Shown here one piece after another: positions 22,832 to 34,587 of a stretch of 64,000 nt of DNA (positions are counted from its first letter, which is position 1; the number at the start of each line of letters is the position of its first letter). Source of the stretch: Flectonema sp. DT1601 (Eukaryota); the NCBI GenBank assembly GCA_964019425.1, contig OZ025803.1:62001-126000 (forward strand), read 5' to 3'. The position numbers and the translations under genes were made by a program. The notes below the pieces were generated by a model. It saw only the letters and a list, made by a program, of their open reading frames with translations. It did not search any database and was not told the DNA's origin.

Positions 22832-24359
22832 CTAGCAGGCTCTTACTTGCTCAATAAGTTTATCTGGTAATTTAGAAGTGGCCTGTGAGGGTTATATTTT
22901 ATTTAATTTTCGAAACCAGACACTAAAACATATCAAACTATAAAAAACATACCTGGAAAGCACGCATGTGAAGGATAGTTTCACCCCCAACTTCAGCAAC
23001 AGATTTCTCACCAATGGTTTCATTGTAAACCTTTGGGTGGTAGGCAGCAAGGGATTCCTCAGTGCGTCTTGGCATAGTCTCGAGGAGTCCGAGAAGGCTG
23101 TCAAGAGAATTCATCTTCATGTAAACACAAGTAGCACACCCACCAGCTGTAGAGCATCCTTCACCAGAAGGAGGTCCAGGAACTACACCAGTACCAATGT
23201 TATCATCAACTGTTACAGATGATGAAGACACTGGGAAGATGATTTCCAGATCGATGTCACTTCTGTTGGCTTCCTGTAAAGTCTGTTGCACCTTCTTTGC
23301 GATTGGTGTAATCATACCGGCTTCAGTACCTAAGGTAACACGAACAGTCTGCTTTCCTTCTTTAGCAAGAGCAGCATCAACCTTATCAGTGATGAAGTGA
23401 AGAATGTCTGAAGTACTACCAACCTGACCAAGACCCTTGGCCTTTGCCTGAGACGCCAGTCCAAACATCTCACCCGGAACCTCTAAGTGAGCAGTGTGGT
23501 AGCAGTCTGCGTAGTTGTTCTTTAACTTTCTGACGACGTCCGCTCCGAACATCTCGTGAACGACACAGGTTCCCTGCGGGTAGACTTCTAAGTTGTTTAC
23601 AATATTCTTTACGGTCTCAACATCGTGAGCAGGATGAACCTTCTTGATCTCTTCTTCAGATAATTTAGACATTGCAGTGAAGTATGTTCTCAAGTTACCA
23701 CCCATGTGAGTATCTGGTCCAAACCAGACGGTGATGTCAGGAACCTGAGCAAAGGCCTGCATGATTGTTCTCACAACGTTTGATGAAGTGCATGTGATGG
23801 TTGGGACCTTAGCGTGAGCCTTGGCCTTTGTAACCAAACTGGTGTTGATGTACACAACGTGAAGACCATTACCAATCTTGTTTGCCTTGTCTAACCAAGC
23901 TCCGTAACCAGGTGCTTCAGCACCAGCAGCAAGAGTGCATCCAATTTCTTGTTCTGAAAGACGGAAGACACCAACGTCAGTGTGTCCCTTGTAGTCGAGA
24001 ACTGCGCGGACGTTTTCAGACATGAAATCGACACCCATGACAATGATTCTCTTTACACCTTGTTCAGCCATCGATACGGCAGCGTCAGCCATTGCTAAGG
24101 AATCACTTGTGAAGACGTGAGGGTGTTCCAATCCACCCAATACTCCTTGTAATTCAGGGTCCATATAAAAGTGAGCAACAATACCTGCATTGTTACTCTT
24201 GAGTAAAGTATCTAATCTTGAGACTGACTCGCTGTCAGGTCTCAAATACTCTGCCTGAGCCTCAGCAAAAGTACCATTCGGTGAGAACCCACTGGCGTTA
24301 ATCTTCAGAGATGGAAACTCTCCGTAGCATCGAATAGCGCAACGCAATGAGCGATACAT
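22832..24359 (-). CDS. nadA: Quinolinate synthase (plant QS-like NadA without SufE domain), 2 exons (24359-22953, 22882-22832), 485 aa
   Basis: IVAHFYMDPE, DSLAMAD, GVDFMSENVR, GCTLA, VVYINTS, CTSSNV, CVVHEMF, GTEAGM, CVYMKMNSL. The 70-nt intron 22952-22883 restores the C-terminus HMRAFQATSKLPDKLIEQVRAC. Confidence 0.95.
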
Positions 24360-25473
24360 TTAATGTTTTGTTTTTTTTTTTTTTTTTTTTTTGATGGACA
24401 AATGCTGTTTACAAAATTAATTAGAAAATTTGTTAAAATAATTAACTTCCGTCTGGTAACATATCATATTCTAAAAAAACCATTAAAAAATAAATAAATT
24501 TCGTTTTTTTTTTTTTTGTTTTTTTCTGATATTATATTATAAGAAAACATGATATCAAATTAGACGCATAAAAACAACCTTCAGAAGACGTTCTGAAAGA
24601 AGACTGGAATATGAAAATTTCTTTTAAAAAAAAAAGAATAATTAAAAAACTATTATTTTTCCTTACTAAATTATACAACACGTGTTCACCTTTGCTTAAA
24701 GAGTACTGCTAGCTGAACTTGCTGGTTTCCCCCGAACAGATTACGTGATGAGGAAAAAATACAAAAAAAAAATTTAAAAAAAAGAACATCACAACAACAT
24801 TGGAAGAAAAAGATCGTTGAAAGCACTGTTGTGATGTTTAGAATGAGAAGAATAGTTTGTGTACTAAGAAAATATTTTATTTATTTATCAAAGTCACTGA
24901 AGTCAAACAACTTGTAAAGAAGCTCACGGAGGGGTATCAGTTTGACACCCACACAGGCAAGAAGAGACGTAAATTGATAAGAAACAAAAAACTGCCAGTT
25001 TTTCTCAAAAATAGAATTTCAGCTGACAAAGGAAAGGCAAAAGAACTACACCAGCATGTATTTTCTTCCAGGGATTTACAAAAAAAAAAAAAAAAAAGAG
25101 ATAGATAGAGAGGGGGATAATTGCAGACCCAAGATGCAATCAGAAAAGCTACGCAGCAATTACGTGAATCCAAGAATTAACAAAACTGACGATGGCAAAC
25201 TAAAGAACGATAATTCTGTTCTTACCTATATTGTTTTTTTTTTCTGTTTTTTTTTTCTTTTTAAACTTGAAAAAACATAAAACCCGCGATACCAAATCAC
25301 ATCCTCAGAGTCCTTCAAAACAAAACAAAACAAAACTATAATAACAACAATAAGAAGAAGAAGAAATTCAACACCGCAGTGGATGCAAAGACCGAACGAT
25401 TGCTCTGTAGACAATGCATATTTTTCACTTCTTGTCTCCTAGCCAAGCTACTAACAAAAATGGATATTATTAT

Positions 25474-25884
25474 TTAAACGGTGCTGCTGATTTCATTGTA
25501 TCCCTTCATTTCAAGGTAGGTTATATATTCCTTAATTGGAGGTAGTAAGGGACAGTCAGCAACCCATCTTATGATACAGATAGCGACACAGATATAATGA
25601 AGTGTGTAGAAGGCCTGATATTCAGTTGTTTGATCTCCCCAACACCCTCCAGCTATTGGATTCGAAGATGGATGAGGACAAGATTTACAATTCCGTAAAA
25701 CATATTGACCCATCCAAGCAAACGCTATAAAGCAACCAAATTGAATAACTCCCCAAGCTATGCATCTTCGCGATCGGATTACTTCTTTTGCTCGTACTAA
25801 CTCAACGAATAGGTACACACGATGTCCTGATAAATTCCATCCTAAAATGACCCAAAGAATCCACAGGGAGATTACAGATATCAT
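25474..25884 (-). CDS. Small multi-TM membrane protein, 136 aa (upstream exons possible)
   Basis: Three hydrophobic helices; CACAG acceptor 2 nt before the ATG. Confidence 0.6.
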   Translation of the reverse strand: MISVISLWILWVILGWNLSGHRVYLFVELVRAKEVIRSRRCIAWGVIQFGCFIAFAWMGQYVLRNCKSCPHPSSNPIAGGCWGDQTTEYQAFYTLHYICVAICIIRWVADCPLLPPIKEYITYLEMKGYNEISSTV

Positions 25885-25896
25885 TACTGTGGGGGG

Positions 25897-26085
25897 ATTA
25901 ACTGTTTGATTTTGTACGTAAAATACAAATGTTTTGTATCATAAACAACATAACGATAATTTAACATTAGTTCTGAGATACAGTGACTAGGTGTGATGCT
26001 TAACTTAGCCTTTTAAAGTAACTATTAGGTTTCGAGAGTAATCTATATACCTCTTACCTCTATTCTCTCTCATCAGTATGGTGTA
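25897..26085. mobile_element. 189-bp insertion flanked by 29-bp direct repeats (25868-25896, 26086-26114)
   Basis: Direct repeat gagattacagatatcattactgtgggggg; the internal ~90 bp (25899-25989) recurs at 49868-49959. Confidence 0.75.
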
Positions 26086-26446
26086 GAGATTACAGATATC
26101 ATTACTGTGGGGGGGAGGATGAAATAATTATTTATAATATCATTTAATAGTAGTGATGGTTAACTTCATTTCATACTAAAGATATTAAACTTTTATATCT
26201 GAAAAAGGGGGGATTGAAAATAGATTAGTAATTTAATAAAAAAGAATTATTTATACTTTTTTTTTTTTGTTGATTCTGATAAAAAGCTGCAGCATATCCA
26301 AACAAATATTTACTGTCTGGGGAATGAGTGAGTCGGGAGCAGGGGGAGAGAACAGGTTCGAATGAAATGCATTAACGAAATAAAAATACAGCCACAGCTT
26401 TTCTCATTTAACTTTGTTCACTACAGCACTACTCATTCCCAAAGAA

Positions 26447-26479
<33 letters not shown>

Positions 26480-27333
26480 CCCCGTCATCCTTTTTTTTTT
26501 TCCATTCCTTTTTTTCATTCGTCTAAAAAAATAAACTTCTCAAAGTAAACATCTCTCTCAGATTATTAAATCCAAATGAGATCTCACCATCCAAACAAGA
26601 ATAGCACTACTCAACAATAGAAGAAGTGATTCTCACGAATTTGGAGTTTAAAGAACTGAATGAAAGTATTTTTTCCTCACAAGAATAATCTCTTTAACAG
26701 CAACATCGAATTCAAGGTTGCTTTGGTTGGTAAGTCAAAAGCTTTCCGAGAGAAGTGATAAAACATCAACGAGGTTAAACTAAAAAAGTAAATCCAGTCA
26801 GGATATCATTATTATTATTATTATTGTATTAGGCCAAACCCAAACAACTCTCCTGTTGAAAGGTTCGGCAGGTTAAAAAATCAACCTCGAAGATAAATAC
26901 TTCCTGAGCAATACAGAATGTGCAAGAAATCGAAAAAGAAAGAAAGAAAATAATGCGAAAAAAAAAACATCAGCCACCATAAGGTTGCGTGGGTTTTATT
27001 TTACTTTTCAGTCACTTACCCTTAACGAAAGAACAACTGCTTGGGGGGGGTCCATCTTCGCGCTCAGACAGAGCGCACATCTAAGGGGAGTCTTGTATTG
27101 AGTATGGGTTTCGTATATTTCTTTTTATTTTAAACCCATCATTCTAACTTGGCATGCATAGATACGTAACTCGGTGGAAGGATAGAATCAACCGAGTGAG
27201 AGTACACCGCAAGTTCTAATCAGAAAGAAGTGTTGCGGATTATCCTTTTTTGAATTTGAGAGATACCTTCGATGACAGCGATAGAACCTGCCAACGAATC
27301 AAATAAACAGGTCTTCACAATATTCAACATCCT

Positions 27334-28431
27334 TTATAAGAATGCCGCAGAATGATAACTCTCACAAACACGTTCAATAAGTGGAACGATTACTTTGTCT
27401 TTGTTGAGATGATTATTCATCCATATGTAAGGCTGTCCTGACATCATTTTAACCATTAAATTAACAACAGGACTTGGAGGATTAGATCCAGTATTAACGA
27501 CTGATGTTATAATTAACTGTGATCCCCTACTGAGAGGTTCGATAAGATACGACTGGTGATGAATTGTTCCTCTGACTGACTTCACAGAACTTGACGACGG
27601 GTCATCAGAATCAGAAACTGATTTAAACTTCACCAACACAGAGTCACCCTCTGAAGTGGGAGTAGTGTCAATTTGACGTTCATAAAGGAATGATCGAGGT
27701 TTAAAACCAAATATTTTCATAACATTTGATTCTACTCTGTGATAGAATATATCCCTGTCTTCACCACCAGGGATTGCGACTCTTTTAAACTCAGCGTAGT
27801 TATAATCCCACAGTAGTCTTTCTTCTGGATCACACATCATGTTTTTTAATTGTTCAACAGAAGCATCAGGAAATATCGCAGTGCATCTAGTCACTGGTAC
27901 ATTCGCAATGTTTTCGTTCCTTCGTTGAACAGTAAACAAGTGACTGTACTCTACTGGGAATCGTTCTGGTTTTAAGTCTACCCAAGTACTGGCAGCAAGC
28001 TGCTCTTCAATATCGATAGTAGTTTCTGTTTTTGAGGCTCTCATTGCCATCATTTTTTCTCGTAGGGTGTCCATGTTGGCTTTAACGAGGGCGTTCGCCT
28101 TCATTTTATAAGCGTGAAATGTCACTAATTTCTTTTCTAGAGCTAGTTGGGTGGCGGCGTTTTGCTTCATTTTTAAAGATGTTTCTGAAATTGAAGCTTT
28201 GATATCTCTCAGTTTTCGTTTCTTACTTCTCTCAAGCGTCTGTCTTATTTTTGATAGTTCTGTCTTAACGTCAAGTGTTTTCAGATCCAGAGTTTCTGTG
28301 CTGGCTAAGTACCAGTTGGCTAGTCTGGCCTTACGCTCTTCCTTTCGAAGCCAGGCTCGGCATTCTGAGGTTCGAAACCTCAGCTGCAGTGGATCTGTCG
28401 TTGAATTCAAATTTAAAGATAAATATGCCAT
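27334..28431 (-). CDS. Coiled-coil plus START (lipid-binding) domain protein, 365 aa
   Basis: RLLWDYNY, IFYHRV, FKPRSFLY, VRGTIHHQSYLIEP, TGSNPPSPVVN. Confidence 0.85.
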   Translation of the reverse strand: MAYLSLNLNSTTDPLQLRFRTSECRAWLRKEERKARLANWYLASTETLDLKTLDVKTELSKIRQTLERSKKRKLRDIKASISETSLKMKQNAATQLALEKKLVTFHAYKMKANALVKANMDTLREKMMAMRASKTETTIDIEEQLAASTWVDLKPERFPVEYSHLFTVQRRNENIANVPVTRCTAIFPDASVEQLKNMMCDPEERLLWDYNYAEFKRVAIPGGEDRDIFYHRVESNVMKIFGFKPRSFLYERQIDTTPTSEGDSVLVKFKSVSDSDDPSSSSVKSVRGTIHHQSYLIEPLSRGSQLIITSVVNTGSNPPSPVVNLMVKMMSGQPYIWMNNHLNKDKVIVPLIERVCESYHSAAFL

Positions 28432-28492
28432 ATTACTACTATTGGGGTACTGTTGAAGAAAGAATTACATTATAATTCAAAAAAAATGATTT

Positions 28493-28526
<34 letters not shown>

Positions 28527-28590
28527 ATTCAAATAAGCCTTATATATATTTTGTTGATCGCAGACAGTATTACCGGCGCACGGGGAAATA

Positions 28591-28683
28591 GACAACATGA
28601 CACAATAAATAAAAGGCTCTTTAATCTGAATAGTTTCTTCTTCGACTTCGTTGGTGCAAAAAAAAAAAAAAAAAAAAAAAAAA
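28591..28683 (+). repeat. 67-bp dispersed repeat plus long A tail, copy 2
   Basis: Matches 15853-15919. Confidence 0.85.
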
Positions 28684-28867
28684 GGGAAGATATCAACAAA
28701 GACTTAAACCCGCAAGATGGCAACTTTAGTGTAGTGTTCCAAACGTGAACGTACGATTTGTTTTACTTTTTTTTTTTTTACTTTCCTTTTTTCATCCTGG
28801 ATTCCTGGTTTCGGATCCAAGTCTTGTTATTTGTTTGCTTGTTTGTTTGTTTCCACATTTCCAAGAC

Positions 28868-29885
28868 TTAAAGCTGTGCTGTTAAAGGAAGCTCACCAGC
28901 GAAGAATGATTTATCCATCGAACACCCTCGTTGAATAATTTCAATCCAGTAACCATTTGGATCAGTAACGAATGCTAATTGGTTCATTTTTCCATCAGAT
29001 GGTTTCTTGTGGAAGTTAACTCCGTCAGATTCGAGAGCCGCGCAGAAAGCAGAGATCATCAACAAGGAAACCAATATGACCGAAACCTTTTGGATCAGTA
29101 TTTCCATTATGATATGAGAAACTATCATCACTTTCAGTACCGTGATTGTGAGTTAATTCTAAAACAGGATGGAAGAGTGAATTCACAAAAGATTTTGCTT
29201 CCGGAGATGAATTATCCGGAGCTGATGACTTCTGCTCATCTGTCAACGATGCCAAAAAGAAGTTACTGAACTTAGCATCCGGGTAGTGAGTCCCTCTAAC
29301 TAGAGTCATGTTAAAGTATTTCTCGTAGAATGAAACACTCTTTGTTGCGTCTTTTACTCTCATCATTGTCTGTGCGTAGTTGAATTCTTGTTTAATACCA
29401 CTGCCTTCTGTTCTTTTAACGATTTCAATCCAGTAGCCGTCAGCGTCAAGGGCGAAGGCTAGGCCTTTCATTCTTCCTTCGTCAGGTCTTTTTTGAAATT
29501 GAACTCCATTTTTTTCTAATTTTTCACAAGAAGCATAGACATCATCACAAAGAACAGCAATATGACCAAATCCTCTGTTTGGTTCAACGTTTCCGTTATT
29601 CGCAACAAAGTCATCACACCCATGGTTGTAAGTCAGTTCTATTGTAACTCCGTCAAACTTCCACAAAAACTGATGAGCTTCATCGCTCCCTGGAGTCAAA
29701 TCAAACTTCTCCCCCTCCCTCAAAGTCGCCATAAAGTACAACGAAAACTTCATAGCCGGAAAATGAATAACATCCAACAACGTGAATCCGAAGTGTTGTT
29801 TATAAAATTCGGTTGATTTTTTTGGATTTCTAATACGAAGCATCGTCTGTTGCCATGTAGGACGCATTTTTTGGTAAATTGACAT
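28868..29885 (-). CDS. GLO1: Two-domain glyoxalase I (lactoylglutathione lyase) with an apparent frameshift at ~29052
   Basis: [31 protein letters not shown]; second domain [23 protein letters not shown], with [10 protein letters not shown] in the next frame. Confidence 0.9.
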
Positions 29886-30159
29886 TTTTTTTTTTTTTTT
29901 TTAGTTTACTTCCGAAAAGATGCTGTGAAAGAAAAAAGTAAATAATTTCATATAAACAAAACAGAAATTAATAGATAAAATCACCAACACCATAATCGAC
30001 ATCAATCGTGTCCGTGATGGGAAGTATTGATAACCGAGAGATGGTGTAAAAAAATAAAGTGAAAGAAATAATCGTCCCGAGTGAATAAACCCGGTACTTA
30101 CAAAGGATACCATAAGAGAGATATCAATAGGGAGAATATGAGCAGTTTTAACGACCGCT

Positions 30160-32350
30160 TTAATCAAGATCCGGAACAAAACCTCCGTCCTTGTCATCAT
30201 CATCATCATCACTGTCGTCTAAATGGATATCAGTGGGTAAAGGTGCCGCTGTGTTTATATATTTATAAAAATCCTCCTCCTCCTGAGTCCCTACTGGAGG
30301 CGCACTCATCGGTCGATTTACATCCGCAGCTACTAAATTATTTAATATTCTTCGACCACCCATTGCTTTGTATTTTTGAAAAGCAGCAACTTGTTGTGGA
30401 GTCGGAGTCTCATCATCTGACAATAACAACGACTCGTGTCTAAATATTTTTTTTATAGGAATACCATGAGATTTCATCTTCTTAGATAAATACAACAATA
30501 AAGGATCTTCTTTGAAAGCAAGACGCTGTTCACCATCCCACAAGGTTTTATTTTCATCATCATCATCACTATCAGGACGATCTGGATCATCAAACAGCTT
30601 AGTAGTTACTAAATTATATCCTTTTATGTGTGCCCGACTAGGAGTACCACCGTCAACTATCTTCTTTCCTAACCATTCTTTTGATATACAAGATTTGTAA
30701 ACAGATTCTTCAGGTGTTCTTGCCGTTAGTAATCTGTATATGCGTACCTTGTGTTTTAGTCCGTAACGGTAGCATCGAAACACGGCTTGTTGATCGACTG
30801 CTGGATTAAATGAAACGTCGAATAAAATAGCTTTGTGAGCCGTATTTAAATTGATTCCCATTCCACCAGCTGTTGTACTAATTAGGAACAGACAGGGTCC
30901 TGGATGTGATTGAAAACCGTCAATTGCGATTTTTCTTTTTTGGATTGCCATACCGCCAGTTAGCGACCACATATCAACATTTGGACTCATGATGTCAACG
31001 AATTTCATGATGAGTTCGATACTCATGGTCCATTGAGAAAATATTAAAAGTTTTTCTTTGTGTATGATTGCCTGTTCAATCATATACATTAGCGCTGTCA
31101 TTTTCGGAGATCTACTTAAAAGCATCATTTTATAGCTGTCGGTGTTGATGATGATTCCTTCAGCCCATGAAAGTTCTGAGGCCCAACCGTATTCTAAGGA
31201 CGTATGTTTTTTATTTTCGATGACTTCTTCAAGTGTTGTTTTTAACAAATCTGGATGACCAGAAATCTTATTTAATATATGAGTATACAGAAGGATGTTA
31301 TGTCCTCTCACAAGTTTTGCTCTGGTCATAAACCAATCTCTAAATCTTCCCTGGAGTCCTCTTTGAAATCCTCCGAGAGGACAAACGACTACGTATTCTA
31401 ACTTTGGAGGTAATTCTCTTAATAGAATTGATTGATCCCTTCTATGAATAAATAAAGATAGTTCTTGTTGTAATATGTAAGCTCTTTCTTTCATTCTAAT
31501 TGTTGATGAGTGAGAACTTTGTATTGTTTGTCCCTGTTGAATTGGTTGTTCGAAGTATCCAACGAATTCTCTTCTTGGAAAGTAACCAGGTCTGACGAAC
31601 TCAATCATTCCCCAAAGCTCTTCGAGACAGTTTTGCATCGGAGTTCCTGTGAGCATTAATCGAATTGATGTTTGAATGAGATTGAGTGAAGTAGCTATTC
31701 CTGATTCATGATTTCGTATTGTGTGACCTTCATCACAGACTATCATGTCTGGTCCAGGCGACTGTAATGCAGCCACAACTTCTGGAACTGGTCGGGACTT
31801 ACCTGTTTGTAGTTATTGTTATTGTTGCTCTAAGTGAGTTAGTATGGTTGGTAAGATTGTACAAACCTTTATTATATGCTCCAACTGCATTACCATAAAG
31901 CTCATAAGACATTATTAATAATCCTCCCACAGCTTTCCAATCTTCAATTTTTTTACGTCTCGCATACAACGTGTCATCACCGACTATGAATAGCGTTGGA
32001 GTTTTATATCCTCCGTTAGCACACCAAAGAGGGAATTCAGTTGACCAGGAGGCTATAGTTGATTTAGGAGTGACTAGCAGAATGGTTTTTATTTCTCTCA
32101 GAGATATCATTAAATTCATAATAATTATTGCCTGAGCACTCTTTCCCAATCCCATTGAATGAGCCAATAGACATCCGATTCCCTTCGACAAGTGCGACCA
32201 CATAAATTTAATTCCGTCAATTTGATGATCTTTCAAACTCGTCGCTAACGATTTCGTAATTTTTACTTCCGGACCTTCTTCAGTAGCAGCAGCGATTACA
32301 TCTCTTGGAATGGGTGCTTCGACTTCAGATAGAGGTCGTTTTTTCGCCAT
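30160..32350 (-). CDS. SNF2-family ATPase (ATRX/ARIP4/JBP2-type), 2 exons (32350-31867, 31802-30160), 708 aa
   Basis: LKDHQ, LAHSMGLGKS, DEGH, LTGTPMQN, LLIFSQW, AGGMGINL, FNPAVDQQAVFRCYRYG. The 64-nt intron 31866-31803 contains a TACTAAC branch site. Confidence 0.92.
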
Positions 32351-32625
32351 CACCCCTGTCTTTTTTAAAAAAAGAAATACTAATAATGATAATAAACTGC
32401 TTACAAACAAGGACTGAAAAATGACACAGTCATGGTCTTGCTTTTCTTTTCTTTCTAAAAACATAAATACAATATGAGAAAATAAATCTAACGAACGTTT
32501 GGACATGTGGAGAGTGCATAATAAACTAAAAATACCAAAAAAAAATAATTAATACCATTACCTGTCACGTCACGTGGATGGTCAAGTAATTAGTTTATAA
32601 CCTGTTATCAGGTTTAAGTTTGGAC

Positions 32626-34587
32626 TTATCTTGAGAAACGACTATCAGAATGCCGCAATGCTGTTTTTGTTAACTCTGTAACGCACTCAAGTTGGACGTT
32701 TAATGCTGCGAGATTGTCGAGTTTTGGTGTTTTTGGAGCAGCAGAACGAGTGGTTGCATTAGCTCCTCCATTCCACAGCTGTTTTTGCAATCGAAGAATT
32801 GTTTCATGAGCAGCATTGAGTTCATTTCTATCACGTTGTCTTTCTGAAAGGAGAAGTTCATATCGTTGATCAGATTTCTGTAATTGAAGACGAAGTTTGT
32901 TGACTTCCATTTCTAATGTGTTGGATGGATTTGATTCTTTCTCACATTCTAAAGACTTTAATATATTGAGTTCCTTCTTTAGAACTTCATAACCAGAACT
33001 TCTGTTTAAGTTGCTTTCGATATCATCATCAGCAACCTGTTTAACTGACTTAGTAAGTTCATAGTCGGTAGTGTTGTTTATTGATTCGTGTTGGTGATAA
33101 ACTAATGTTTCCTCTCTAGTCTTCTGTTCAGTAGATGTGACCAAAGGATTGATTACTACTTCATTAGTTCTAGTGTAGTTAGATTCTCGTTCTCTGTTTG
33201 TCGTTTGATCAAAATTTAAAACTTCTTTCGAAAGTTGTTCTCCTGCAATTGTTGAAACCCTCACCACTCTACCACGAGTAGTAGAGTATGGTAAAGGTTT
33301 CTTACCTGAATGTTTATTAAGATTAGGAACAGAGTTCGTTGTTGGAGAATACAAAACACCCTCAACTTCTATTTGATCCCTTCTAAGAGAAGCAATAGGA
33401 GGCCTACTAATTGATAATGGAAGAGGTAGAGTCCTGTTAGTATTATTTAATAGAAGTTGATTATGTTCATCAGGTAATTGAAGTCTCATTAATCCAATAT
33501 GTTCAACTGATGACGGAGATAATATTACCGACTGGCGTCCTATTAATGGAATTGGTGATATCTCAACGGGGTTGTTGTCTTCAATCACATTCAATGAAGA
33601 TGGTGGATTGCTAACAGAGGCTTCCATTCCACTTCCCGTCTGCAACATCAACGACTGAAATTGCTGTCTTGACGAACCAACAGCAGGTATTGAATTAAAT
33701 TTTTGAGGAGTCCTACAGTCTGTTACATTCCCAAGAGGTTGGCTCTCAATCTGAGATGCCGGTGATTGGATACTTAAGGAAGTATGAGGAGTACTACCGA
33801 CTAGTAGCTGATGGGTGGCTGGTACCTCAAATCCCGCCTGTGCTGGTCCACACAGCGGAATCGAATTACCATTTTGAGGATTTCTGACAGCAAGCGGATG
33901 ACTCAAATTAGCTTCCACACCACCAGTCTGGTTTGTGGAACTGTAAATTGGCATCGAATTACTGTTTTGAGGAGTTCTGTAGACAGATAAGCCGTCAAAC
34001 GGATGACTTTGACTTTGGTTAGAAGTCGCAACCAGAGATAACGGTGATTGAATGTGAGGAGTGACTGGTTGATACAAGTTGGGATGGACATCCACAGATT
34101 GTGATGAAATCGAATTATTGTTTTGAGGAGTTCCGTTTACAAGTTGAACAGCTTCCATATTATGTGATAATGGTGGTGGTGATTGAATATGATTAACAGA
34201 AGTCTGAGGAGTGTTACTAACAAGGACTTCAAACTCATATGAGCTACAGCTTGGTATTGAATTACTAATAACAGGAAGATGATTAATATTTTGTTCAATC
34301 ACATTTGATCTAACAGTCAAGTCAGAGACTCGATGACTGATCGCAGTGTGTGGTGGTGGGGACATCGTTCCTCTAGCTACTGATGGTGTTGACAAGTTAC
34401 TTCCACCAGGAAAGGAGAAGGGGACTGACGTGTTTGGAGGGCTTATCAACCCTCCGACAACTACTGGAGGTGATACTACTTTAGTTAATCTCTCAGCTGG
34501 TGTTGCAGTGTTTGATCGCATTCCCACAGGTGATCCTCCCGGCAGGCTTGGTGATGGGAGTTCACCAACATTCGGTGCTGCCAACAT
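32626..34587 (-). CDS. Ser/Pro-rich protein with TPQ-type repeats and C-terminal coiled coil (~653 aa)
   Basis: 2-kb ORF; first ATG at 34587 after ATCAG; recurring TPQNxNSI motif. Confidence 0.75.
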   Translation of the reverse strand: MLAAPNVGELPSPSLPGGSPVGMRSNTATPAERLTKVVSPPVVVGGLISPPNTSVPFSFPGGSNLSTPSVARGTMSPPPHTAISHRVSDLTVRSNVIEQNINHLPVISNSIPSCSSYEFEVLVSNTPQTSVNHIQSPPPLSHNMEAVQLVNGTPQNNNSISSQSVDVHPNLYQPVTPHIQSPLSLVATSNQSQSHPFDGLSVYRTPQNSNSMPIYSSTNQTGGVEANLSHPLAVRNPQNGNSIPLCGPAQAGFEVPATHQLLVGSTPHTSLSIQSPASQIESQPLGNVTDCRTPQKFNSIPAVGSSRQQFQSLMLQTGSGMEASVSNPPSSLNVIEDNNPVEISPIPLIGRQSVILSPSSVEHIGLMRLQLPDEHNQLLLNNTNRTLPLPLSISRPPIASLRRDQIEVEGVLYSPTTNSVPNLNKHSGKKPLPYSTTRGRVVRVSTIAGEQLSKEVLNFDQTTNRERESNYTRTNEVVINPLVTSTEQKTREETLVYHQHESINNTTDYELTKSVKQVADDDIESNLNRSSGYEVLKKELNILKSLECEKESNPSNTLEMEVNKLRLQLQKSDQRYELLLSERQRDRNELNAAHETILRLQKQLWNGGANATTRSAAPKTPKLDNLAALNVQLECVTELTKTALRHSDSRFSR

